The position numbers and the translations under genes are program-made. Below the pieces are notes generated by a model. It was not told where the DNA came from. It made no database searches and saw nothing but the letters and a program-made list of their open reading frames with translations. From NCBI RefSeq assembly GCF_009914755.1, contig NC_060929.1: a stretch of DNA of 64,000 bases. The stretch is one strand, 5' to 3'. The DNA is from the human T2T-CHM13v2.0 reference genome, Homo sapiens. Below are positions 32,623 through 46,300 of the stretch, piece by piece (positions within the stretch are counted from its first letter, which is position 1; every line of letters begins with the position of its first letter).

Positions 32623-34420
32623 ATTCTTAACATGATACTATTCGTAATATTTTAGGGTGATGTTTTTTCTAATGTCTCCGTGTGTGTACACCATGTGTGT
32701 ACACCTTGTGGGGTTTTATGCAGTATCTTTGAAAAATGTTACTCCTAATGTCACAGTGGGTCTACGCCATGTGTGTATACTCTGTGATATTGTTTGTAAT
32801 GTCATAAGGGGATATTACATGGGTGCACATTGTGTGAAATTATCTGTAATATTCTAGGGGTTGTTTGTCTTAATGTCACCGTGGCTGTATCTGATGTTTT
32901 TACATCCTGTTTTATTGTTTATGATACTATAGGGGGATGTTACTTCTAATGTCACAGTGATTGTACACAATGTACGGTTACCCCTAGTGATACTAATTGT
33001 AATTTCTTAGGGGGATATTTCTCCTAATGTCACAGTGGGTGTTCACCATGTGCGTACACCCTCTGTGACACTGTTTGTAATATCCTGGCGAGATGTTATA
33101 TTTAATGTCGCAGTGGGTGTACACCCTGTGTCATTATTTGTAATATCCTCTGGGGATTTTATACCTAATGTCACAGTGGGTGTACACCATGTGTTTATGC
33201 CCTGTGATATTATTGGTAATAGTCTAAGAAAATGCTACTCTTAATGTCACAGTAGGTGTACACCATGTGTGTACATCCTGTGATATTATTTGTAAAATCC
33301 TAGGTGGATGTTACTCCTAATGTCACAGTGTGTGTACACTATGTGTATACACTCTGTGATATTATTTGTACTCTCCTAGGGGGATGTTACTTTTAATGTG
33401 ACAGTGGGTGTAACCCATGTGTGTTCACCCTGTGGTATTATTCGTAGAATCCTAGGGGGATGTTACTCCTAATTTCACAGTAAGTGTACACCATGGGTGT
33501 GCACCCTGTGATATTATTCATATAATTACAGAAGGATGTTACTTCCAAAATCACAGTGGGTGTACAACAAATGTGTTCACCCTGTGATACTATTCGTAAT
33601 ATTTTAGGGGGATTTTACTCCTAATATCACAGTGCTTATACAGCCTGTGTGTACAATCTGTGATATTATTCATAATATTTTAGGGAGACACGACTTCTAA
33701 TATCTCACTGGGTGTAGACCCTGTACCACAGTCGATTTACAACCTGTGATATTAGCAGTAATATTTTAGGGGGATATTACACCTAATATCACAGTGTGTG
33801 TACACCCTGTGTTATTATTCGTAATATCTTAGAGGAATGTTACTCCTAATATCACAGGAGATGTATAACCTGTTATATTATTTGTTATATTCTTGGGTGA
33901 TGTTACTCCTATTTTCACAGGAGGTGTACACCCTGTAATATTAATTGTAATTTTCTAGGGGGATGTTACTTTTAATTTCACAGGGAGTGTATACTCTGTG
34001 ATATTATTCGTAATATCCTCGGGGGGATGTTACTCCTAATGTCACTGGGGGTGTACACTGTGATATTATTCGTAACATTTTAGGGATATGTTACTCCTAA
34101 TGTCACAGGAGGTGTACACGCTGTGATATTGTTCATAATATCCTAGGGGGATATTACTCCTAATGTCACAGCTGGTGTACATTTTTTGATATTATTCTTA
34201 ATATCCTAGGTGGATTTTACTCCTAATGTCACAAAGGGTGTACACCTTGTGATATTACTGCTAATAGCCTTGGGGGATGTTACTCCTAAAGTCACAACGG
34301 TGGTATACCCTGTGATATTATTCATAATATTCTAGGGTGATGTTACTCCAAATGTCACAGGGGTTGTAATTTCTGTATATTATTTGTAATATCTTAGGGT
34401 GATATTACTTATAATGTCAC
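32623..34420 (+). repeat. SATR variant A2 (63/76-bp monomers)
   Basis: GGGGATGTTACTCCTAATGTCACAGTGGGTGTACAC(CATGTGTGTACAC)CCTGTGATATTATT. Confidence 0.88.
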
Positions 34421-36150
34421 ACCCCCGCTATATGGTTAGTAATATCTGAGGGGAGACGGTGATATTGCTCCCCATGTGGCGAGGGGTGTACATTCCCCCG
34501 GCATATGGTCCGTAATGTCCGGGGTGGGGGAAAGGGTGTTATTACTTCCCTTGTAGCGGGGGTCGTAGCACCTCCCCGCTGTATGGTCAGTAATATCCAG
34601 AATGGGGAGAGGGTGATATTATTCACCATGGGGTGGGGGATGTACAGCCCCTTGCCATATGGTCCGTAATATCCGTGGGGAGAGAGGTGATATTACTCCC
34701 CATGGGTTGGGGGGTGTACACCCCCCCGCCATATGGTCCATAGTATCCAGGGAATTGAGAGGGTGATATTACTCCCCATGTGGCGGCGGGTGTACCCCCT
34801 CCCGCCATATGGTCCATTATATTCGTGGGGGGAGAGGGTGATATTTCTTCCCATGGGGTGGGGGTGTACACCTCCCGCCATATGGTCCGTAATATCCAGG
34901 GTGGGAAAGAGAGTGATATTACTCCCCTGTGGAGGGTGGTGTACACACCCCCGCCCTATGCTTCGTAATATCCAGGGCAGGGAGAGGGTGATATTCCTCC
35001 CCATGTGGCAGGGAGTGTACACCCCTCCACCATATGGTCTCTAATATCCAGGGGGGGAAGAGGGTGACATTATTCCCCATGTGGCGGGAGGTGTACACCC
35101 CCCTGCCATACGATCCGTAATATCCGTGGGTTGGGGAGAGGGTAATATTACTCCCCGTGTGGTGGTGGGGGATGTACACCCCCCTCCCTGCCATATGGTC
35201 CGTAATATCTAGGAGGGAGAGATGGTGATATTACTCCCCATGTGTCGGGGGGTGTACACCCCCACGCCATATGGTGCGTAATATCCGGGGGGGAGAGGGT
35301 GGTATTACTTCCCATGTGTGGAGGGTGTCCACATCCCTGTGATATGGTCTGTAATATCCATGAGTAGGAGAGGGTGGTATTATTCCCCATGTGTCGGGGG
35401 ATGTACACCCCCATGCCATATGGTCCGTAATATCCGAGAAGAGAGAGAGAGGTATTACTTCCTATGTGGCAGGTGGTGTACACATCCCTGTGATATGGTT
35501 CGTAATATCCAGGGTGGGGAGGGTGATATTAGTCCCCATGTTGCGGTGGGTGTACACCCCCCCCCGCGATATTAGTCCCCATGTTGCGGTGAGTGTACAC
35601 CGCCCCCCACGATATGGTTTGTAATATTTAAGGGGGAAGTGGGTGGTATTACTTTCCATGTGGCAGGGGGTGTACACCCCCTGCCATATGTTTCGTAATA
35701 TCCAAGGGAGAAAAGGGTGGTATTACTCCGCATGTGGCGGGGGGTGTACAACTTCCTGCCATATGATTTGTAATATCCAGTGAAGAGAAGGTGTTATTAC
35801 TCCCCAGGTGGCCGGGGTGTATACCCCACTGCAATATGGTTTGTAATATCTAGCCAGGGAGAAGGTGGTATTACTCCCCAGGTGTACACCCGCCTGCGGT
35901 ATGGTTTGTAATATCCAGGAGGGGAGAGGGTGGTATTACTTCCCATGTTGCTGGGGGTGTACAACCCCGTGCGATATGGTTTGTAATATCCAGTGGGGAA
36001 GAGGGTGGTATTATTCCCCACGTGGTGGGGGGTGTACAGCCTTTTGCGATATGGATTGTAATATACAGGGAGCACTATTACTCCCCATGTGGCAGGGGGG
36101 TGTACACCCTTCTGTGATATGGTTCTTAATATTAAGGGGGGGATAGCCTG
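34421..36150 (+). repeat. SATR variant D (CCATGTGGCG...CGCCATATGG), CpG-rich
   Basis: Run of monomers with GGTCCGTAATATCC and altered arms. Confidence 0.85.
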
Positions 36151-36164
36151 ATATTACTTCTCGA

Positions 36165-39100
36165 TTGTACCTTGCGATATGGGGAATAAAATCTCTGGGT
36201 GTACAATCCTTTGTAATATCTACATTGGAATAAGGTATAACAGTTTCCTAGAATATTTGGAATAATTTCACAGGGTGTACACCTCTTGAGACATTAGGAG
36301 TAAGATCTCCCTACAATATTACAAATAATTTCTCAAGGTGTACACTCACTGTGACATTAGGAGTAACATTTCAGTATAATACTATGAACAATACCACTGG
36401 GTGTACACTCCCTGTGAAATTAAGTGTAACATCTCAGTAGGATATTAGTAATAATATAACTGGGAGTACACCACTTGTCATATTAGGAGTAACATCTTTC
36501 TTGGATATGATGAATGATATCTATTATTATTATAATTATTAATTATTTTTCATAATAGTTATTTTAATTCTCAATATGATATTATTCATAATAATCTAGG
36601 GGGATGTTTTTCCTAATGTCACAGTGTGTTTACACCATGTGTGTACACCCTGTGGGGTTTTACGTACTATCATAGAAAAATATTACTTCTAATGTCACAG
36701 TGGGTTACGCCATGTGTGTATACTCTGTTATATTATTCATAATGTCCTAGGGAAATATGTGGGTGTACATTCTGTGAAATTACCTGTATTGTCCTAGAAG
36801 TTGTTACTCTTAATGTCACAGTGGGTGTACACGATTTGTGTACATCCTGTTTTATTATTTATAATACTATAGGGGGATGTTACTTCTAATGTCACAGTGA
36901 GTGTACATAATGTGTGGGTACTCCCAGTGATACTAACTGTAATTTCCTAGGGGGATATTTCTCCTAATGTCACAGTGGGTGTACACCATATGTGATGTTA
37001 TTTGTAATATCCTGGCGAGATGTTACATTTAATGTCACAGTAGGTGTACATCCTGTGTTATTATTTGTAATATCCTCTGGTGATGCTACTCCTAATGTCA
37101 CAGTGGGTGTACACTATGTGTATACACTGTGTGATATTATTCATAATATTCTAGGAAAATGCTGTACACCATGTATGTACACCCTGTGATATTATTTGTA
37201 AAATCCTTGGTGGATGTTACTCCTAATGTCACAGTGGGTGTAGACTATGTGTATACACTGTGTGATATTATTCATAATATCCTAGGGGGATGTTACTCCT
37301 AATGTCACAGTTGGTGTTCGGGGGATGTTGCTCCTAATTTCACAGTAATTGTACATTATGTGTGAATACCCTTTGATATTATTTGTATAATTACGGGGGG
37401 GTGTTACTTCTAATGTCACAGTGTGTGTACAACATATGTGTTCACCCTGTGATACTCTTTGTAATATTTTAGGGAGATTTTACTTCTAATATCACAGTGG
37501 TTGTACAGCCTGTGTGTACAACCTGTGATACTGCTTGTAATATCCTAGGGAGACATGACTTCTAATATCACACTAAGGGTACACCCTGTATCACAGTGGG
37601 TGTACAACCTGTGATATTAGCAATAATATCCTAGGTGATATTATGTCTTATGTCACAGTTTGTGTACACTCTGTGATATTATTCATAATATCTTAGGTGA
37701 ATGTTACTTCTGATGTCACAGGTGATCTATAACTTGTGATATTATTTGTTATATTCTAGGATGATGTTACTCCTAATGTCACAGCGGGTGTAAACCCTGT
37801 GATATTTATCATAATTTCTTTGGGGGATGTTACTTTTGATTTCGCAGGGAGTGTACACCCTGTGATATTATGCGTTATATCCTAGGGAGATGTTACTCCT
37901 AATGTTACAGGGGATGTACACCCAGTGATATTATTCATAATATCCTAGGAGTATGTTACTCCTAATGTCAGAACTGGTGTACATACTGTGATATTATTCT
38001 TAATATCCTAGGTGGTTGTTACTCCTAATGTCACAGAGGGTGTACATCCTGTGATATTAATGGTAATATTATAGGGAGATGTTACTAAATTCACAATGGG
38101 GGTACACACTGTGATATTATTGGTAACATCCTAGGGTGATGTTACTTCTAATGTCACAGGGGTTGTCTTTCCTGTGATATTATTTGTAATACCCTAGGAT
38201 GATATTACTTATAATGCCACAGGGGGTGTGCACCTTGTGATATTATTCACAATTTTCTAGAGGTTTGTTACTTTTAATGTCACAGGGTATGTACATTCTG
38301 TGATAATATATGTAATATCCTAAGAAGATATTACCGCAAACATCACAGTGCATGTACACACACGTTGTACACACTGTGATATTATTTGAATTACTTTAGG
38401 AAGATATAACTCCTAATATCACTGTGGGTGTTCACCTCCTATGTTAACATTCGTAATATTCTAAGGGGATATTACTCCTAATGTCACAGTGGGTGTACGC
38501 CAAGTGTGTACACACCCTGTAATATTATTCATAACATCCAAGGAGCATGTTACTCCTAATGTAACTTGGGTTGTACACTATGTGTGTACACCGCTGCGTT
38601 ATGTTATTCGTAATAACCTTTGGTGAATTTAACTTTAATATCTCACGGGTTCTATAGCATGTGTGTACAACCCCTGTGATATTATTCGTAGTAAGCTAGG
38701 GGGATATTATCTCTAATATTTTGGTGGATGTTACTCCTATAAAACAGTGGTTGTACGCCATGTGTGTACACCACAGGGGGTGATATCATTTCTATTATCC
38801 TAAGGGGATGCTGCTACTAATGTCACAGTGCTTGTACACCATGTGTACAATCCCGGTTATATTATTTGTAATATCTTAGGGGGTTGTTAATCTTAATGTA
38901 ACCCTCTGGTTACATGTAATGTAACCATTATGTGTATACACTCTCTGGGATATTATTTGTTATAGTTTTGGAGATATTACTCTCCTAATGTCACTGTGCA
39001 TTTACACCTTGTTTGTACATCTTTGGATATTATTCGTAACATCCCCGGGAGATATTCCTCTGCTAATATCACAGTAAGTGTTCACCATATTTGTACTCCC

Positions 39101-40345
39101 TGGAATACTATTTGTAATATCCTTGCGAGATATTACCTCCTAATATCACAGTGGGTTTACACCATGTGTGTACACTCTGGGATATTATTCCTAATATACT
39201 GAGAAGATATTATTCCTAATATTACAGTCAGTGTACACCCAAATATATTATTCATAATATCCAGGGGAGATATTACTTCTAATATCACAGTGGGTGTACA
39301 CCCTGGGATATGGTTCGTAATATCCTGGAAAGATATTATTCATTATGTCACAGTGGATATACACCATGTATGTACACCCTGAGATATTATGCATAATATC
39401 CTGGGGAGATATTATTCCTAATATCACAGTGGGTGTACACCAGGTGGGTACACCCTGGGATATTATTCGTATTATCCAGGGAAGATATTAGTCTCCTAAT
39501 ATCACAGTAAGTGTACACCATGTGCATACACTCTGGGATATCGCTCGTAATATCTGGGGGAGATATTATTCTCCTAATATTACACTGGGTGTACACCATG
39601 TGTGTACACCCTGGATGTTATTTATAATATCCTTGGGAGTTATTACTTTCCTAATACCACAGTGGGTATACAATATTTGTGTACCACCTGGAACATTATT
39701 CTTAATATCCTTGAGAGATGATACCCTCCTGATGTCACAGAGGGTGTACATCATGTGTGTACACCCTGGGATATTATTCGTAGTATTTTGGGGAGATATT
39801 ACTCTCTTAATGTTACAGTTTGTTTACACCATATTTGTACATTCTGGGATATTATCCATAACATCCTGAGAGATATTACTGTCCTAATATCGCAGTAGGT
39901 GTTCACCATGTTTGTATACCCTGGAATATTATTCGTAATATCCTTGGGAGATATTTCTCTCCTAAAGTCACATTGGGTTTACACCATGTGTGTATACTTT
40001 TGGATATTATTCATAACATTTTGGGGAGATATTACTCTCCTAATGTCACAGTGCATTTCCATCTTGTTTGTACATCCTGGGTTTATTATTTGTAATATCC
40101 TGGGGAGATATTACTCTCCTAATATCACAATAGGTGTTCACCATTTTTGTACACCCTGGAATATTATTTGTAATATCCTTGGGAGATATTACTCTCCTAA
40201 TATCACAGTAGGTTTACGCCATGTGTGTGCACTCTGGGATATTATGTGTAATATCATGTGGAGATATTACTCTCCTAATATCACAGTGAGTGTACACCAT
40301 GTGTGTACAACCTGGGATATTATTCGTAATATTCTGGAGAGGTAA
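36165..40345 (+). repeat. SATR variant A/A2 block, first ~360 bp inverted
   Basis: 36165-36525 are reverse-complement units; 36566-38220 is paralogous to 32622-34420. Confidence 0.85.
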
Positions 40346-40349
40346 CACA

Positions 40350-43300
40350 GTTTGTGATATTACACCCAGTATCGCAGAGGGTGTATACTATTTCTTTTAT
40401 ATTGTTCCTAATATTCAGGGGGGAAATTATATTACTCCTAATATCACAGGATTTGTACACCTCCCTTGTAATATTGTTCCAAATATCTAGGGAAAGAGAG
40501 AATGATATTACTCAAGATATCCCAGGGGATGCACATTCCCCAGTGAGATTGTTCCTAATATCCATGAAGGAGAGGATGGCATGACTCTCATTATCGCAGG
40601 TGGTGTACACCCCTTCTGTGATATTGTTTCTAATATCTAGGGGGGGAGTGGATGATGTTACTCCCAATATTGCGGGGGATATCCTTTGTGATATTGTTCC
40701 AAATATCCAGGGGGTGAGAGGATAGTATTACTCTCAATATCACAGGAGTTGTACACCCCTTTGTGATATTGTCCTTAATATCCACGAGAGGAGATGATGA
40801 TATCACTGCCAATATCGCAGTTGGTGTACACCTCTTCTGTGATATTGTTCCTAATATCTTTGAGGGAAGAGGATAATATTACTTTCAGCATCGCAGTGGG
40901 TGTACACCTTCCTTGTGATATTGTTCCTAATATCCAGGGGAAAAGAAGATGATATTACTGTCAGTATTGCAGAAGGTGTACACTCCCCGTGTGAAATTGT
41001 TCCTTATATTTAGGTCGAGAGAGAATAAATTTACTCCCAAGATCGCAGGGGGTGTACAACCCCTGTGATATTGTATCTAATAGCCGGGGGGAGAGGATGA
41101 TATTACTTAAAATATCACAGGGCGTATACACCCCTCCTGTGATATTGTTCCAAATATCCAAGTGAAGAGATAAAAATACTCCCAATATTGCAGGGGGTAG
41201 ACACTCCCCACATAATAATGTTCCTAATATTCGGGGGGGAAGTATAATATCATTCCCAGTATATCAGGGGGTGAACACAACCCTTTTGATATTGTTTCTC
41301 ATATCCTGTGGGAAAGAAAGTGGTATTACTACCAAATTCACATGGGGCGTACACCATTCTGTGATATGGTTCCCAATATCCAGGTGAGGAGAGGATGATA
41401 TTACACTCAATTTCCCAGGGGTTATACACCCCCACATTGATATTGTTTGTAATCTCCAGGAGAGAAGAGGATATTACTCTTAGCATCACAGGGGCTGTAC
41501 ACCACTCCTGTGATATTGTTCCTAACACCCTGGGTGGGAGAGGATGTTATTACTCCCAATATCGCAAGGGGTGTACACCCACCATGTGGTATTATTTCTC
41601 ATATTTCATGGGGGAGAGGAAGATATTACTCCCAATATCGCAGAAGGTGTACACCCCACCTTGTGATATTGTTCTTAATATCCAGTGGGGAGAGGATGAT
41701 ATTACTCTCAATATCACAAAGGGTTTACACCCCCCATGATATTATTCCTAATATCCATTGGGGGAGAAAATAATATTAATCCCAATAACGCAGGGGGTGT
41801 ACACTCTTCCTGTGATATTGTTCCTAATATCCAGGGAGAGAGGGGATGGTATTACTCTCAATGTCCCATGGGGTGTGCACCCCTCCTGTCATATTGTTCC
41901 CAATATTTAGAGGAAAGAGATTGATATTACGCTCAATATTGCCATGCATGTACACTCCCCTCCCACGTGATACTGTTCCTAACATCCAGGGGGAAAGAGA
42001 ATTATATTACTGCCAACATCACAGGGGTTGTACACTTCCCTGTGATATGGTTCATAATATTCAGGGGGGTAGAGGGTGATATTACTCCCCATAATGCGGG
42101 AAGTCTACACTTTCAGGTGATATGGTTCATAACATCCGGTGGGGGAGAGAGTGTGACTGCTCTCCATATCACTGGTGGTGTAGACTCCCCTGCTACATGG
42201 TTCATAATATCCAGGGGGGAGAGGGTGATATTACTCCCCATATCACTGGAGTTGTACATCCCCGATGATATGGTTCATAATATCCGTGGCGGGGGTGGGG
42301 GTGAGGGTGATATTACTCCCCATATCGTGGGGGGTGTACACCCACAGTGATATGGTTCATAATATTCAGGGGTGGAGGGGATAATATTACTCCCAGTATC
42401 GCGAGGGGGGGGGGTGGGTGTAACTGCCCACTTATGATATTGTTCCTAATATCCAGTGTCGGAGAGGATGATATTACACCACTTATCACAGGGGGTGTAC
42501 AGCCCCCCTGATATGTTTCACAATATCCATGGTGGGAGAGGGTGATATTACTTTTTATATTGTGTGGTGTGTTCAGCCCCCTGTGATATGGTTCGCAATA
42601 TCCATGGAAGAGAAGGTAATATTACTCTCCATATCACGGGGGGAGTACATCACCCCGCGATGTGGTTCACAATATTCAGCGGGGGAGACGGTGATATCTA
42701 ACTCCCCATATTGTGGGGGGTGTGCACCCCCCTGTGATATGGTTTGTAATATCCAGTAGGGGAGAGTGTGATATCACGCCTTTTATCGCAGGAGGCATAC
42801 AGCCCCCTGTGATATGGTTCACAATATCTAGGGGTGGAGAGGGTGATATTACTCCCCATATCCCAGGGAGTGTACACACCCCTGTGATATCATTTGCAAT
42901 ATCCTGGGGGTGAGAGGATGATATTACTCCCCATATCGTTGAGGGTTTGATATGGTTCATAATATCCACAGGGGGAGAGGGTAATATTACTCCCCATATT
43001 GCAAGAAGTGTGTTATGGTTCGTAATATCCAGAGGGGGAGATGGTGATATTACTCCCCATATCCCGGGGGGTGTACATTTTTCTGTGATATGGTTTGTAA
43101 TATCCATTGTGAAGATCGTGATATTACTCATAGTATTGCGGGGTGTGTAACCACCCACTTGTGATATTGTTCCTAATATCCAGGGGGAAAAAGGATGATA
43201 TTACTCCTAATATTGCACGGGTGTGTGCCACCACTGTGATACTGTTCCTAATATCTAGGGAAGGAGAGGATGATATGACTTCCTATAGTGCAGTGAATGT

Positions 43301-46300
43301 ACACCCCTCCTGCGATATTGCTTTTAATATCCAGGGGAGGAAAAGAATGATATTTCTCCCAATATCAAGGGTGGTTTTCACCCCCCCATGATATTGTTTC
43401 TAATATCCAGGGGAGAAAAGGACAAATATTACTCCCAATATCGAGAGGGGTCTACATCCCTTCTGTGATATTGTTCCTAATATGCGAAGGGGAAGGATAT
43501 TACTTCCAAAATCACAGGGGTATGCACCATTTCTGTGATATTCTTCCTAATATCCAGGGGTGAAGAAGATGATAATACTCCCAATATCGCAGTGGGTGTA
43601 CACCCCCATGTGACATTGTTTCTAATATCCAGAAGTGGAGAGCATGATATTACTCCCAATATCACAGGGGCTGTGACATTGTTATATTGTTTCTGTTATA
43701 TTGTTTCTAATATCCACAGAAGGATATTGCAGGGGGTTTACACACCCACTGTGATATTATTTCTAATATCGTGAGGGAGAGAGGATGATAGTAATTCCAG
43801 TATTTCAGGGGGTGTACACCCTTGCTGTGAAATTGCTTTTATATCCAAAGGGCTAGAGGCTGATATTATTTCAGTATCACAGGAAGTGTACACTCACCCT
43901 TTGATATACTTCCTAAAGTTTAGAAAAGAATAATATTACTTTCAATATTGCAGATGGTATACACAGTTTCTGTGATATTGCTGTCAGTATCCAGGGGGAG
44001 AGAGGGTGATATGACTTCCAGTATCACAGGGAGTGTACACCTCCCTTGTGATATTGTTCCTAATATCCAGGGCAGGCAGAAGATGATATTATTACAAATA
44101 TTGCAGAAAGTGTAAACCCCCCCCGTGATATTGTTCATAATTTCCAGGGGAAGAGAGGATGATATAACTCTCAATATCTCAGGGGATGTACACCAGCCCT
44201 GTGATATTGTTTCTAAAATCAAGCAGGGGGGAGGATGACATTACTTCCAATATCGCAAAAGGTGTACACCCCTTCTGTGATATGGTTCCTAATATCCATG
44301 AGAAAGAGGATGATATTACTCCCAATACCGCATGGGGTGTACACCCCCTCTATGGTATTGTTTTTAATATCCAGAGGAAGAAAGGATGATATTACACCCA
44401 ATATTACAGAGGGTGTACACCCTCCCGTGATATTCTTTTTAATATCAAGGGAAAAGAGAATGATATTACTCCCAATATCAAAGGGTGTGTGCACCACCCC
44501 TGTGATATTGTTCCTAATATCCAGGGAGGAGATAATAAAATTATTCCAAATATCACAGGGGCTGTACACCTCTCCTGTCATATTGTTCCTAATATCTAGG
44601 GTGGGGAGAAGATAACATTATTCCTAATTACTCAGATGGTTACACCATCCCTGTGATATTGTTTCTAATATCCAGGGGGAAAGAGGATGATATTACTCCC
44701 AATATCGCAGGTGGTGTACAGCACCCCTGATATTGTTCCTAATATCCAGAGAGGGAGAGAATGTTCTTACTCCCAATATCACAGAGATTGTACAACCCTC
44801 TTGTGATATTGTTTGTAATATCCAGAAGGGGAGAAAATGATATTACTCCCAATATCGCAGGTTGTGTACATTCCCCCCTGTGATATATTTACTAATAACC
44901 GGGGGGGAGAGGATGCTATTACTCTCAATATCGTGGAGGTTGTACACCCCCCTTGTGATATTGTTCCTATTATCCAGGTGGACAGACGAAGGTATTATGA
45001 TTAATATCCCCAAAATTTTGCACCCCCTGCTGTGATAGATTTCCTAATATCAGAAGGTGAGAGGATAATATTACTCCCTAAATCGCAGGGGGTGTACACT
45101 CTCCCTGTGATACGGTCCCTAATATCTATGGGGAAAGAGGATGTTATTACTCCCAATATCGCAGAAGGTGTACATCCCTCACACATGATATTGCTTCTAA
45201 TTCCCGTGGGAGAGAGGATGATACTACTCCCGATATTGTAGGAGTTGTACACTTTGCTTGTGATATTGTTTCTAATATCCATGGGGATGACGATGATATT
45301 GCTGTCAATATCCTAAAGAGTGTACACCTGCAATAAGATATTGTTTCTAATATCCGGGGGGGAGAGGAAGATACAACTTCCAATATCGCAGAGGGTGTAC
45401 ACTTCGCCTGTGATATTGTTTTTAATATCCAAGGGAAGAGAGGATGATATTACTCCCAATATCGCAAAGAATGTACACCACTTTGGTGATATTTTTCCTA
45501 ATGTACAGGGCGGGAGAGGATGATTTTACTCCCAATATCGCAGGGGATGTACAGCACCCTGTGATATTCTTCCTAATATCCAGAAGGAAAGAGAATGCCA
45601 TTACTCCCAATATTGCAGGGTGTATAAACCCCTTCTGTGATATTGTTTCCAGTATCCAGGGAGGGAGAGGATAATATTACTACCAATATTGAAGGGCAGA
45701 TGTACTCCCTCCCTGTGATATTGTTCTCTATATCCAGGGAAAAGAAGATGATATTACTCCCAATATTGCAGAAAGTGTACACAGTGCCCCCCCGCCCCGT
45801 GATATTGTTTCTAATGCCCGGTGGGGGGAGAAGATAATGTGACTCCCAATATTGCAGGAAGTGTACACGTTCTCGGTGATATTGTTCCCAATATCCAGGG
45901 GAAAGAGAATCATATTATTCCCATTATCGAAGGATGTGTACACCCCCCTGTTGTATTATTCCTAATATCCAGGTGGGGATATGTTAATATTACTCCAAAT
46001 ATTGCAGGGGCTGGTCACCCACCATGTAATATTGTTCCTAATACCTAAGGGGAAAATAATATTACTCCCAATATCGCAAAGGGTGGACATCTTTCCTGTA
46101 AATTTGTTCCTAATATCCGCTGCAGAGAGAGGATGATATACTCTCAATGTCGCAGGGAGTGTTCATCCCCACTTTAATATTGTTCCTAATATTCAGTAGT
46201 GGAGAGGATGGCATTACTTACAATATCGCAAAGAGTGTACAACCCTCTTGTGACATTGTTCCTAATATCCAGGGGAAAATAGGATGATATTACTCCCAAT

